Part shown: positions 28,040 through 37,842 of the stretch, piece by piece
How the letters are laid out: each line of letters opens with the position of its first letter
Position numbering within the stretch: the stretch's first letter is position 1
Source: a virus
Virus genome (UHGV): UHGV-0229283
Strand: one strand, 5' to 3'
Length of the DNA stretch: 64,000 nucleotides
The notes under the pieces: generated by a model
Databases searched by the model: none
What the model saw: the letters and a program-made list of their open reading frames with translations, nothing else
Told to the model about the DNA's origin: nothing
Position numbers and translations under genes: made by a program

Positions 28040-28183
28040 TTACAACTCCTCTCTTTAAACTCTTTCATGGATTCAATAGCATCCGAACGATTTTTCGCGC
28101 AGACAACAAACACCCGATGACGTCGATAGGTGTATCCTGCCATAACACAGTCGGCGGTGTCAAGCCACCAACACTCGTTTAGT

Positions 28184-28390
28184 TCAGAAGCCGGGAATTT
28201 GAATTTTGCCATCTTTTCTCTCCACGTAATAAGGTAATCGCTTGATCAAGTCTTGAGGAGCACCATTTTCTGTCCAAGTGAGGCCTTGGTCACCAGAAAC
28301 ATAGCCTTTACCGTTAACAAACTTGCGCCAGATATTACGAAACTGGTTTTTGTAGATCATTCGATCACACTCCAGCCTTCGTCCTGCCAT
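28184..28390 (-). CDS. hypothetical protein (68 aa)
   Basis: Co-oriented ORF. Confidence 0.3.
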   Translation of the reverse strand: MAGRRLECDRMIYKNQFRNIWRKFVNGKGYVSGDQGLTWTENGAPQDLIKRLPYYVERKDGKIQIPGF

Positions 28391-28611
28391 GCTTCACCAC
28401 GATACCAGTCTGCCATAGGGCAACCGTCTTCTGCGTAGATACGCCCATCAACCATTTCGAACCATTCATCAGAAGTGAAATATTGGTTACGGATACGTTT
28501 ACCTTCACGCATGGCCTGCTTTGCTTGTTCCCAGGTTAAACAATGCATATCAATCATCCTTTCCGAATTTAACAACGTCTTCGTAGGACAACCCCGAACG
28601 AAGAAGAGCAT
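28357..28611 (-). CDS. hypothetical protein (84 aa)
   Basis: Co-oriented ORF. Confidence 0.35.
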   Translation of the reverse strand: MLFFVRGCPTKTLLNSERMIDMHCLTWEQAKQAMREGKRIRNQYFTSDEWFEMVDGRIYAEDGCPMADWYRGEAWQDEGWSVIE

Positions 28612-28912
28612 CTTTAACTTTTTGTTTTTTCTCTTGCAAAACCTGCAAGTTTGATTTTACAACACCTTTGAAAGAACCACCTTCATAACAGGGGGGTTCG
28701 ATCTCCGCAATCAAGTGATTAAGATCTGATTCTGGAGTTGCTTCAATGACCAAGCTATTCTCAACGTCAATCCAGTATTGGTAGTGAGCGTGTTTGCCAA
28801 TACTTTCCAGGAATTTGATTGCATGTGCCGGACTGTTTGCCTTTACGTAACCAAGTAGTTTAGTTGTACGGCCTTCGCAATCACCTTCGGTAGTAACTTT
28901 GTAAATTTGCAT
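28550..28912 (-). CDS. hypothetical protein (120 aa)
   Basis: Co-oriented ORF. Confidence 0.4.
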   Translation of the reverse strand: MQIYKVTTEGDCEGRTTKLLGYVKANSPAHAIKFLESIGKHAHYQYWIDVENSLVIEATPESDLNHLIAEIEPPCYEGGSFKGVVKSNLQVLQEKKQKVKDALLRSGLSYEDVVKFGKDD

Positions 28913-28973
28913 GAGTCTATCCTCGTTTTGTTTGATACATGAAGAATAACAGCCCCAAGAGGGGCTGTCAATA

Positions 28974-30171
28974 TTATTTTCCTTCGATAAGCTTAATATC
29001 TTCAGCGTAGTTGACCTGGAAGTCTGCCATAATTTTCATTATGATGGGCTTTGCCTTCAACAAACGTGCAGGAAGCTTGTCACGGTTGCTTGCAGTGGTC
29101 AACAGCGCCTTACCGAATGCATTTTCCTTGATGAACGACAAGAAAATAGAGCTTACGAAGTCTCGGTTCTGGTCCATAAAGTGATCATAAAGATACTGTA
29201 GGAAGTTTCCAGAGAATTCAATAATCTGGTCATCCGTGTAGTTGGTATCTGCAATAGCCTTACGCAACCAAATAGCGCCTTCTGAACCCAAAATCCACAG
29301 GCTATCGGATGGAAGGTCTCCAGGATCTTGGGCAGTACCGTTCATAACGTCTTCGATCGGGACCATATTACGAATCTTAGTGTGGTATGCCCACAGTTCA
29401 GCCATTAAAGGTGTGCCAATGAAGCCCTGAAGAGCAACCTTAGCCAGGTTGGCAGGCAGCAAATTAGCATCGTAATCGTACAATACATCACTGGCGTAAG
29501 TTAAAGTACGCGGTGTGGCGAAAGAAGGACACCCGATATCCAGCATTTCTTCATAGTTTTCAATAGCACTGTTCTTACGAGACAGAAAACCAATGATTGA
29601 CGAATGAATACCGTTCTGCATGGCATAGTCTTCGATGAAGACCGATGCGCTATAGGTAAGCTCTACCAGCATCATACGGTTAGCCAAAGGAGCTTCCAGT
29701 GCAGTCACGGCAGTACCATCCCCAGCACGGTTACCCGCAGCAACCAGTACAGCCCCTTCAGGGAACTGGTAGGTCCCGATTCGACGGTCCAGCATGATTT
29801 GGAATGCCAGTTTCTGAAGGTAAGGCTCTGCGTGGAGAAGCTCATCAAGAAACACAATACCTTTCCAGTTAGGATCACGGGGCCAGAAATCCGGCAAGGC
29901 GTACACTGTGCGAGTAACACCATTGTCATCGGTGTATGGAATCTGCACCCCGGTGAGGTCAGTGTTATCTTTATCAGCCAAGCGGAAGTCTACCAGGTTA
30001 TCACCAGGCCCGAAAAGAGAGTCTGCTATTTGCTTCACGGCCTGACTTTTACCAATACCTGCCCCACCGAAGATCATCAGTGAACGTTTGTGACGCTGGC
30101 AAAATTGTACGAGTGGTGGAAGATCTCGCAAAGTGATCCAGTTACCAGAAAAGATATTACGACTTGACATT
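28974..30171 (-). CDS. MoxR/CobS-like AAA+ ATPase (AAA_5)
   Basis: Start moved to MSSRNIF, which is preceded by AGGAGA. Walker A GGAGIGKS. Walker B VFLDELLHA. The arginine-finger region is AAGNRAGDG. Confidence 0.7.
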
Positions 30172-30233
30172 ATTTGTCTCCTGTAAATGAAATTCGGGAG
30201 AAGGATACATTTGATCCTCCCCCATTGCAATGA

Positions 30234-30656
30234 TTATTTATCCACCCATACGCGATTTTCATCACACCAATCATAAAAATCTTTCATGATGTCGTTGAAT
30301 TCCCGCAAGGGTGTATAATGGCGAATAGGATCAGCATCATACCCCTCATTTTCACATTCTGCAATAGAGGCTAGCCAATCCGGGTATGTTGGAACATCCC
30401 GGAAATAGCCAATTATATCACACAGCTCATAATCGCAGCCATTATCCCAGTTGTCGTAGTTTGACTCGCGAGGGAATTTCCGTTCAAGACGGCGGGCTAT
30501 CTCTTTAGCAAGCTCATGCACCGTTTTATCTGTCCAGTCTTCCCGACCACATTCACCACTCCGCTTATCCCAGATGTCGCGGAGGTCCAGAGTTGTTTTC
30601 CAGTTAGGCATTGTTCCTCTCCTTATATCTTCCTCGCCAAGGGCCGAAACGCCCAC
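30234..30656 (-). CDS. hypothetical acidic protein (140 aa)
   Basis: Co-oriented ORF rich in D/E/W/Y. Confidence 0.45.
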   Translation of the reverse strand: MGVSALGEEDIRRGTMPNWKTTLDLRDIWDKRSGECGREDWTDKTVHELAKEIARRLERKFPRESNYDNWDNGCDYELCDIIGYFRDVPTYPDWLASIAECENEGYDADPIRHYTPLREFNDIMKDFYDWCDENRVWVDK

Positions 30657-30751
30657 ATTTTAGACATTCCCAGCTGCGTTGCCCGTAAATGATGATCTTG
30701 CCGATTTCTTTATTTCGACAATTTGGGCAAGAGTATACTATCTTACCACCT

Positions 30752-31279
30752 TTAGACAGCATTTTTCACCTTCCTCAACTCGAATTCATCGCCATAGCCT
30801 ATCATATGGCCTTTGGCCGTGATCACCTTTTCTCCAAACACACTGCCAGTGCATTTACCAATGAAAACTTCTGGCATATCTTCTTCTGAAAGAAGAATAT
30901 CCACAGTAAATTTACCATGATAGTGCCTTGCGTTGTAATGCGGCCCTTCATCATCTGTTTTATACCAGTATTTACCATTCCAGCGGTATTTGTTATGCCT
31001 GTACCATACATATGACCCCCAGGTGTCTTGTGCTATATGGTCCACTTTGGTAGTAATAAGTCGGCCTGTATTACGAAGTAGCTCGTCATATTGCTTTTCG
31101 TAAACTTCCACACGATTTTTCATACTGTTGTAATAGTTCTGGTAACGATCAGCTCTGTTGACCATAACCCTGAGAAGGTTCTCAATAGGCGTACCTTTCT
31201 CAAGATGTTCTTCATAAAGTTGTTGACTTGTTTTGCTTTCCATATCAAATCTCCTTAAGAAATTCATGACAAATACCAT
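30752..31279 (-). CDS. hypothetical protein (175 aa)
   Basis: Co-oriented ORF. Confidence 0.45.
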   Translation of the reverse strand: MVFVMNFLRRFDMESKTSQQLYEEHLEKGTPIENLLRVMVNRADRYQNYYNSMKNRVEVYEKQYDELLRNTGRLITTKVDHIAQDTWGSYVWYRHNKYRWNGKYWYKTDDEGPHYNARHYHGKFTVDILLSEEDMPEVFIGKCTGSVFGEKVITAKGHMIGYGDEFELRKVKNAV

Positions 31280-31449
31280 TTAAAACCACAGTTCGGGCAA
31301 CAAGGTTCCTTAATCCGAAGCTGATCGGGGGCCTTTACAGGAGCATCTTTCAGGTTATAAGTCGAAAAACATCTCGCACATACTACAACCTTGTCAGGAA
31401 TTTCCATTTCGAACCAAGGAAGGCCATTTAATTTTTTCGTAATGATCAT
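31264..31449 (-). CDS. small zinc-ribbon protein (61 aa)
   Basis: CARC...CCPNCG four-Cys motif. Confidence 0.4.
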   Translation of the reverse strand: MIITKKLNGLPWFEMEIPDKVVVCARCFSTYNLKDAPVKAPDQLRIKEPCCPNCGFKWYLS

Positions 31450-31955
31450 AATGTAGCCAACATGTTGATCGCTTCGTGGTGTTCTTTCATCTTTGTCAGA
31501 CGAAGATACATGTCATGATACTTACGGACACGTAACAAATCCTTATCTGTCAGGCCTTTCAGGCGACGAACATCAGAGTTATGGCGCAGGTCTGCAAGCT
31601 TCACACGTACCGCATCATAGTTTTGGGCCAGGCGGTTAAAATACTCTTCCGGTGTCTGATTAGGGGTTTTCGTCAGAAGAACCACAGCATCCTTCACACG
31701 GTTCGAGAAGCCTAGCAGAACCAGATCCGCAGCGGTAACATCGGTGTCTTCAACCACATCATGAAGCGCGGCGATAGCCATAAGCTGAAAATCATCGGTC
31801 TTCAGGTAGTGCATTACCTTCAGCGGATGAAGGATGTACGGGTTACCACCCTTATCTTTCTGATTCAGGTGGCCTTCTGCTGCAATTTTAATTGCTAAAG
31901 CAAGTTCTTGGGCCGGACTTAAAGCTTGAATACAACTCTTGTCTGTTGATACCAT
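31446..31955 (-). CDS. HD-domain hydrolase, SpoT/Mesh1-like small (p)ppGpp-type hydrolase
   Basis: NPYILHPLKV...AALHDVVEDT matches the RelA/SpoT HD hydrolase signature. Length is 169 aa. Confidence 0.6.
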   Translation of the reverse strand: MVSTDKSCIQALSPAQELALAIKIAAEGHLNQKDKGGNPYILHPLKVMHYLKTDDFQLMAIAALHDVVEDTDVTAADLVLLGFSNRVKDAVVLLTKTPNQTPEEYFNRLAQNYDAVRVKLADLRHNSDVRRLKGLTDKDLLRVRKYHDMYLRLTKMKEHHEAINMLATL

Positions 31956-32914
31956 TTGACAGCTTCCTCTAGGTTAAAGGGTTTTATGTTCAGTCTATCG
32001 AAAGATTTTACGTTGTCAAGCCAAAATTCATCTTCATACCCTGCGATCGACATCATCATCAGTTCTTCTTCTGTTGGGGAGTCCCCCTCCATCATACTCT
32101 GTAACTTGGGGTCATATTCCAAGTGGAACATTGTTTCTTTCGGGGAACAAACGAACATTGCCTTACGTGCCTTATTAGCGATCTTTCTGTTCATGATGTT
32201 GATAACCGAATGATTCAGTTGGCTACAAACACGATCGAACGCTGAAGGCTCAAGATAGTCAGAGTAAAGAACCAAATCACCACTGATAATCCTTACATTT
32301 TTAAGGGTGAATCTCTCCCCATTATGGGCCATCCAAGATTGGATAGGGGCATTTTTTTGATAGCCGGTGTATTCGACAACCAAACGGAGATCAAGATCAT
32401 CTCCGTGTGACATCCCTACCAAAAGCTGCTTTACACACTCAAGAAAATACTTAGTATGGTAGTTAAAATTCCAGAACCCACTAAGAAATGCTTCGCCAAA
32501 ACCATGACCGTGAATATTGATAGAGACTGTTTCTGCGAAGCGATGTGTCCAAGGGTCACCACCCGTAATATGTGTTTGGTGGTCTATTTCCATACGTGAA
32601 ACATTTGTCTTCCGATTCATATCAAAACTATAATCCATGACATCCCCTGGAAGCCATTGCCAATAAAAAGGGCTACCATGCGTAGGAAGTTTATCAAGAC
32701 ATGACAAAACTATTTCCAATATCGGGTTAGAGTCCTGTACCCCTTGGAGATAATCTCTAAAGCGGGTGATGGGATTGTCAACATATTTGTCCATCTCAAG
32801 AGTTGACAGAAATCTCTCTTGAGCAGCCGCCTTCCCTTGTAACAACTTATCTATGAAATCCCGCTCCTCATCCCAAGTATAGTTTGGTTTTACATTAATA
32901 TCTACTTTGCTCAT
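31919..32914 (-). CDS. hypothetical protein (about 331 aa; start at MSKVDINV with GAGGG RBS)
   Basis: First gene of the minus-strand block. An internal ATG is preceded by GAGGGTAAGTG. Confidence 0.5.
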   Translation of the reverse strand: MSKVDINVKPNYTWDEERDFIDKLLQGKAAAQERFLSTLEMDKYVDNPITRFRDYLQGVQDSNPILEIVLSCLDKLPTHGSPFYWQWLPGDVMDYSFDMNRKTNVSRMEIDHQTHITGGDPWTHRFAETVSINIHGHGFGEAFLSGFWNFNYHTKYFLECVKQLLVGMSHGDDLDLRLVVEYTGYQKNAPIQSWMAHNGERFTLKNVRIISGDLVLYSDYLEPSAFDRVCSQLNHSVINIMNRKIANKARKAMFVCSPKETMFHLEYDPKLQSMMEGDSPTEEELMMMSIAGYEDEFWLDNVKSFDRLNIKPFNLEEAVKWYQQTRVVFKL

Positions 32915-32980
32915 AATCTCACTTACCCTCTTATACAAATAATGAACAAAGATACACCGCCACTTTTTAGAAATCAAGGG

Positions 32981-33009
32981 TTGACAACTCTTTTCCGAAT
33001 GGTGATAAT
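32981..33009 (+). promoter_or_regulatory. sigma70-like promoter for the plus-strand block; -10 lies inside perfect palindrome GGTGATAATCACC
   Basis: TTGACA, then 17 bp, then GATAAT. The palindrome 33001..33013 could be an operator. Confidence 0.5.
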
Positions 33010-33047
33010 CACCTTACTAAGAACGGGTAAGACCCAAGGAGTTAGAA

Positions 33048-33959
33048 ATGTTTGATGTTAAAAAGAAATTTACCAACAGCGAGATTAAAAGTCTAGAAGA
33101 ACGGTATCATAAAAAGGTAGAACGCACAAAGAAAAGGGGTTTAGAATTCTCCTTGACCCTTGATGACTGGTTCATGATGGGAGAAAAGCTTTTGGGCATT
33201 GGCCCGTGCGACTACACCAATATGAACTTTAGCACGAGGTCGGTACATGGCGAAAAAGACCCATTGTATCCGACAGTTGAGCGCATTGACGATAAGAAAG
33301 GTTATGTTCGTGGAAATGTATGCGTTGTCTTGCAAAGAGCCAATGAATTGAAAGATCGTTTGGTTGACAAGAAAACAGCCATCACTATAATTGATCCGCT
33401 AGACCGTGAGATTGTGCAGGCTATGATGCTGAATATGTCTAAAGACCATCTCGAAAAACTGAAAACTAAATATATCCCACAACAGGAGACAAAAATGGAC
33501 ATGAAAGAACACATGGCAGAAGTAGAAAAGAATCACAACACCGACTACAAAGAGCTTGCTGAACACGAACACAAACAACCGCCTGCGGCAGAAGAAACCA
33601 CTGCACCTGTGGAAGTGGAGGCTGAACCGAAAGAAGCTATCAGTGTTGCACTGCCAGAAGATGTAGCTGTTGCGCTTGCCTATGCAAATTACTGCAATAC
33701 TTTTGCAAATGTCGGTATGAAAGTAAGTGTGACATATGCTCAGTTCAAGGCCAAATATATTCGCAGCACCTGCGCAATGACCGGAGAGAAGCTTACTGGT
33801 GAGCCTAAATCCATTCTGATTCTGGATCTTAACATTGGCTTTGCCAAAGATAATTTCATCATCGTTTCCAAGAAAATGGAAACGGCTATGACTCAACTGA
33901 TGATCCAGACGGGCCTTAGCCTGCCAAAAGTTACAGCAATGCTGAACAAGGTGGTGTAA
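33048..33959 (+). CDS. hypothetical protein (303 aa)
   Basis: First plus-strand gene after the strand switch. GGAG RBS. Confidence 0.55.
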   Translation: MFDVKKKFTNSEIKSLEERYHKKVERTKKRGLEFSLTLDDWFMMGEKLLGIGPCDYTNMNFSTRSVHGEKDPLYPTVERIDDKKGYVRGNVCVVLQRANELKDRLVDKKTAITIIDPLDREIVQAMMLNMSKDHLEKLKTKYIPQQETKMDMKEHMAEVEKNHNTDYKELAEHEHKQPPAAEETTAPVEVEAEPKEAISVALPEDVAVALAYANYCNTFANVGMKVSVTYAQFKAKYIRSTCAMTGEKLTGEPKSILILDLNIGFAKDNFIIVSKKMETAMTQLMIQTGLSLPKVTAMLNKVV

Positions 33960-34219
33960 TGTACGAGGATATCTTGGGCAGGCCAGCATCCCCTCCAGAG
34001 CAAAAAATGCTGAATGCTGGCTTCAGGCCGGGTCTTAGTTTCGGGGATCTGGTAGAGACTTTCACAGAGAACGCGATTCGCGGAGCTATTGATGGGATCG
34101 TCTTGTTTGCTGTTCCTCACCTTCCTGGAGCGCCGGGTCCGCAATTGGCCTGGGGTTTCAGGATTGAAGGGATAGATGAATTTTTACCCCAAATTGCATT
34201 GCAAAGGGTGATGAATTAA
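33959..34219 (+). CDS. hypothetical protein (86 aa)
   Basis: Its ATG overlaps the upstream stop (TAATG). Confidence 0.4.
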   Translation: MYEDILGRPASPPEQKMLNAGFRPGLSFGDLVETFTENAIRGAIDGIVLFAVPHLPGAPGPQLAWGFRIEGIDEFLPQIALQRVMN

Positions 34220-34227
34220 CCTATAAT

Positions 34228-34255
34228 AAGGCCATCGTAACTGATGGCCTTTTTT
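34228..34255 (+). terminator. rho-independent terminator
   Basis: AGGCCATCGTAACTGATGGCCT followed by TTTTTT. Confidence 0.5.
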
Positions 34256-34268
34256 CTTGGAGAAGAAA

Positions 34269-34895
34269 ATGAAATTAGTTTGTGGTATCGGTATAAATGA
34301 CGCAGATTACAACGTAGTCCAGTTTCGGAATGGTAAGCAGGTTTGGATATGCCCTCACTATAGGGCGTGGAAGAGTATGTTGGGAAGGGTTACTGGTGTG
34401 TACACAGACGTGACGGTTGTTAACGCATGGAAGACTTTTTCAAATTTTAGGTTGTGGTCTGTAAAAAATGCTCCACGTTCGATGGAAGGTTATGTATTGG
34501 ACAAGGATTTATTATCTTTTTCGAAAAAAGTATATGGCCCCCTTACGTGTGTATACATTCCAAAAACTTTGAACTCTTTACTGACAGTCGTCAAAGTAAA
34601 CAAAAACGGCCTACCGCTTGGTGTGTCCAAGATGGATGATTTATTTGTTTCCCAGATTTCATACCTCGGGAAGAAGAAAGGTCTAGGTAGGTTTTTAAAT
34701 CCTTCAGATGCTCACCGAGCATGGCAACAGGAAAAAGTAAATAATCTTCTTGACTATTCAACCAAGTATTATAAAGAATTGGATTTTAATCCCGTTGTTT
34801 ATGATGCTATACTAACTATAGCAATGAAGATTCATAAAGAAGAGGTCTCTGGATTAGAAACAGTAAATCTCTTTACCAACAACATAATCTACTGA
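34269..34895 (+). CDS. AP2-like DNA-binding domain protein, paralog 2
   Basis: MKLVCGIGINDADY...YRAWKSMLGR...W..F.NFRLW is the same family as 995..1687 and 40732..41310. Confidence 0.5.
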   Translation: MKLVCGIGINDADYNVVQFRNGKQVWICPHYRAWKSMLGRVTGVYTDVTVVNAWKTFSNFRLWSVKNAPRSMEGYVLDKDLLSFSKKVYGPLTCVYIPKTLNSLLTVVKVNKNGLPLGVSKMDDLFVSQISYLGKKKGLGRFLNPSDAHRAWQQEKVNNLLDYSTKYYKELDFNPVVYDAILTIAMKIHKEEVSGLETVNLFTNNIIY

Positions 34896-34906
34896 GGGAA
34901 ATAACT

Positions 34907-36334
34907 GTGTATAAAGACGAGTCGGAGATGATCTCCAAGCTACAAGATTCAGCACTGAAGAAAGTTCAGTCTGCCCGCATCGCTTTACTTACTAATCGAC
35001 CATTCTACGGGACGCTATTAAGCGGTATGCCGCTGATAGTTGACTGTGCATGGCTTCCAACCGCAGCGACTGATCATCGCAACCTATACTTTAACCCAGA
35101 GTTCATTATGGGTATGCCTGTTGATCGCAAGAAAAAAGTCTTTGCTCGTATTGACAAGCATCCGATGATGACACAACAGCAAAAAGATGAATATAAAGAA
35201 TATGTGGATGTCTTCTATCGTCAAAAAACCATGAAGGAAATTGTATTTATTCTAATGCATGAGGTCCGCCATGTCACCAACGACCACATGTCTCGTGGGA
35301 AAACATTTGACCGTAGACGTTTCAATATCGCAGCCGATCACTATATCAACACTGATCTGGTCAAGGAGTTGGGCCAGAAAGCTGAGAGTTTGAAATGGTT
35401 CACTCATAGACAAGTGTTTGATAAGTCAAAAGAATTTGGATTCCTTGCTTACTGCTATTGTGACTATCAGTACGAGGGGAAAACGGCTGAAGAAATTTAT
35501 GCTCTTTTGCCTGGTGAAGCCGGGGATAGTAAAGGTAAGCCGCTGGGGGCGCACATCGGGGATTATGATAAAAACCTAGATATTCTGGGGTATACAGACC
35601 CACACCCACAGAAGTCTCCTGATCAGGAAGATGAGGATATGTCTTGGTCTGAGGACATGATTGACGCCGCTATGAAAGCCGCTGGCGGTGAAGGACCGAA
35701 AGAAGCCAGAGAATTAATCGCACAAAAAGGTAAACCGAAGATTAATTACCTGCAAATAATTAAGCAACGGATGATTTCTCGTGTTAAATCTGATCGTACT
35801 TATCGGGTTTTAGGTCGTCGGTCCGGCGGGATGACAAAAGTTCTTCGTGATCACGGTGCTTTAACTAAGAAACAGTTCATGGTTATGCCGGGTAGAAAAC
35901 GAACAGAAACTGTAGATATCGTAATCGGTTTTGACGTTTCAGGTTCTATCTCTCGTCAAACAATGACACGTATCTTTAATGAGATCATCGCTTTGAGCAC
36001 CCTGTACCAATGTTTCCGTATCACATTGTTCTGTTGGTCAACCCAAGTTGGCAACGTCAACGTGTACACACAGGACAACATAAAGGAAATTCTGGATTAC
36101 AGAGTTACATCGACTGGTGGAACGACTGCGGCATGTGCTTTTGAGTACATCGATGAGTTTATTCCTAAGGCAAAAGAGGTTATAATCTTCACAGATGGTT
36201 ACATCGAGGACCTGAGACATCGTGGCTCAAGCTGGGGACGTAAGTACAACACTCTCTGGGTTATCTGCGGTGGTCGTAAGGGTTGGTTAGCTCCATTCGG
36301 GAAGGCGGTAGATTTGGATGAGCACTTTAAATAA
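34907..36334 (+). CDS. VWA-domain protein with N-terminal zincin-like metallopeptidase domain (DUF2201/CoxE/CobT-like), likely partner of the AAA+ ATPase
   Basis: HExxH (ILMHEVRHV) in the N-terminal half. A C-terminal VWA-like MIDAS region (DIVIGFDVSGS). This architecture commonly pairs with MoxR ATPases. Confidence 0.55.
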   Translation: MYKDESEMISKLQDSALKKVQSARIALLTNRPFYGTLLSGMPLIVDCAWLPTAATDHRNLYFNPEFIMGMPVDRKKKVFARIDKHPMMTQQQKDEYKEYVDVFYRQKTMKEIVFILMHEVRHVTNDHMSRGKTFDRRRFNIAADHYINTDLVKELGQKAESLKWFTHRQVFDKSKEFGFLAYCYCDYQYEGKTAEEIYALLPGEAGDSKGKPLGAHIGDYDKNLDILGYTDPHPQKSPDQEDEDMSWSEDMIDAAMKAAGGEGPKEARELIAQKGKPKINYLQIIKQRMISRVKSDRTYRVLGRRSGGMTKVLRDHGALTKKQFMVMPGRKRTETVDIVIGFDVSGSISRQTMTRIFNEIIALSTLYQCFRITLFCWSTQVGNVNVYTQDNIKEILDYRVTSTGGTTAACAFEYIDEFIPKAKEVIIFTDGYIEDLRHRGSSWGRKYNTLWVICGGRKGWLAPFGKAVDLDEHFK

Positions 36335-36725
36335 GAAAGTTGTCCACAATTTAGATTTTGAGGTTTACTTGATGGGGCTTGGTTGTTGTCTCATTGTGAA
36401 CTTTGAAGTACAAAATGGTCATGATCTGACTGGCTATAGGTATGACATCTTCTGTAACAGGAAGATTGTCGAGGTATATGGTGCCGGAGAAGGTGGTGAG
36501 AGGGAGATTATCATTTCCAGGGATTTCACGGATGATCCCCTCCATATCACAGAAGAAGAGCTAAGTCTGGTCGAAGTTATGATGACACACTTGTCTCCAT
36601 TCGAGAGAAGTTTGCACAAACTTGGATGTGATCTGGCTGTTCTTCACTACAATGATGCATCTCAAGAGTATGCCCAAGAGGTTGTTAAAAATCACTTGAA
36701 TAATTATCTGGAGGTAGAAACATGA
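36318..36725 (+). CDS. hypothetical protein (135 aa)
   Basis: Co-oriented and coupled ORF. Confidence 0.45.
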   Translation: MSTLNKKVVHNLDFEVYLMGLGCCLIVNFEVQNGHDLTGYRYDIFCNRKIVEVYGAGEGGEREIIISRDFTDDPLHITEEELSLVEVMMTHLSPFERSLHKLGCDLAVLHYNDASQEYAQEVVKNHLNNYLEVET

Positions 36726-37018
36726 GAATCTCTAAGAGTTTCAGTGTTTTATGCTCTTATGGGATGATATCCAATCTGAAGTTATCTTCAACGGATATCC
36801 GCATTTACCTGTACTTGAAATTCAGGTGGCAGTTCTTTCACAGCAAAGGCTCAGAGTTTTGTGAATCAACCACCACTATCTCTGAAGAGGTTGGTGTTTC
36901 TGAAAGGACTGTTCGTCGGTCTATGGAGAAATTAGAAGAGTTGGGATACCTAGAGGTAGTCAACCGACCAGGAAAAACCAGCCTGTATATCACCAAAGAT
37001 GAGGTGGCTATTAAGTAA
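36722..37018 (+). CDS. winged-helix DNA-binding protein (replication-initiator/regulator-like)
   Basis: ISEEVGVSERTVRRSMEKLEELGYLEV is HTH-like. Confidence 0.45.
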   Translation: MRISKSFSVLCSYGMISNLKLSSTDIRIYLYLKFRWQFFHSKGSEFCESTTTISEEVGVSERTVRRSMEKLEELGYLEVVNRPGKTSLYITKDEVAIK

Positions 37019-37241
37019 CCAACCCCGGACACTGGTGACCGGACACCCAGGACATGGATGACCTACGACATAATAAAGAATAAAACAATAAAGATAATAA
37101 AACCTAAAACATAGATCTTTATAAAAAGATCTTGATCTATGGTTTAGTTAGTGTATAGTTAGTTTCAAGAGGAAGTGATGAATCACTTCAGATGTGTGGA
37201 AGTGCAATGTGTTCGGAGCCACGGGCGACAGGAGCTTCTAA

Positions 37242-37493
37242 ATGCGACGATTAACTGGGGGCGGCGCGAGCCGTACTGAGATGGAAGTTATAAAACTACG
37301 AAAAACGTGGAATAACCTTGTTGGTGGAAGACGAGGTACGGTAAAAATGCATTTGGTGGCCAGCTTTATTGACCAAGGTCAACACGTTGCAACATATCGT
37401 TGGTGGTCAAGAAAATATGGCTGGCAATATGAGACCAAACCTGCATACCTTTATGCACAGACATGGCGGCTAATGGAAAAATGGAATGACTAA
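37242..37493 (+). CDS. hypothetical protein (83 aa)
   Basis: Co-oriented ORF. Confidence 0.4.
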   Translation: MRRLTGGGASRTEMEVIKLRKTWNNLVGGRRGTVKMHLVASFIDQGQHVATYRWWSRKYGWQYETKPAYLYAQTWRLMEKWND

Positions 37494-37556
37494 ACAACAA
37501 GCTTGGACACTTGACAATGGCGAAGCACTAGATTCAACCCTAAACAAGGATAAAAA

Positions 37557-37817
37557 ATGAAAACGATCCGTATCCGTCAACACCGTGGTGGCCTGTTGGA
37601 AAGCAAACAAACAGAGAAAGAAATTCCTGCCACCAAAGAAGCTGTGCTTGAATACGTTGTAGATTCTGGTATGATTATGACTATGCTTCCTCTGGGAGCT
37701 GATGATGTTGTAGTTGTGCCTTACTATGAAGATGGTAAGGACAAGATTTATATGGTGAAGGTATTTTCCATGCCCTTCGGTTTTATCGAAACTGTTGGAA
37801 ATTTAACACTTAACTAA
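37557..37817 (+). CDS. hypothetical protein (86 aa)
   Basis: Co-oriented ORF. Confidence 0.45.
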   Translation: MKTIRIRQHRGGLLESKQTEKEIPATKEAVLEYVVDSGMIMTMLPLGADDVVVVPYYEDGKDKIYMVKVFSMPFGFIETVGNLTLN

Positions 37818-37842
37818 AGTTATCTTAAGAGGAGATTACAAA

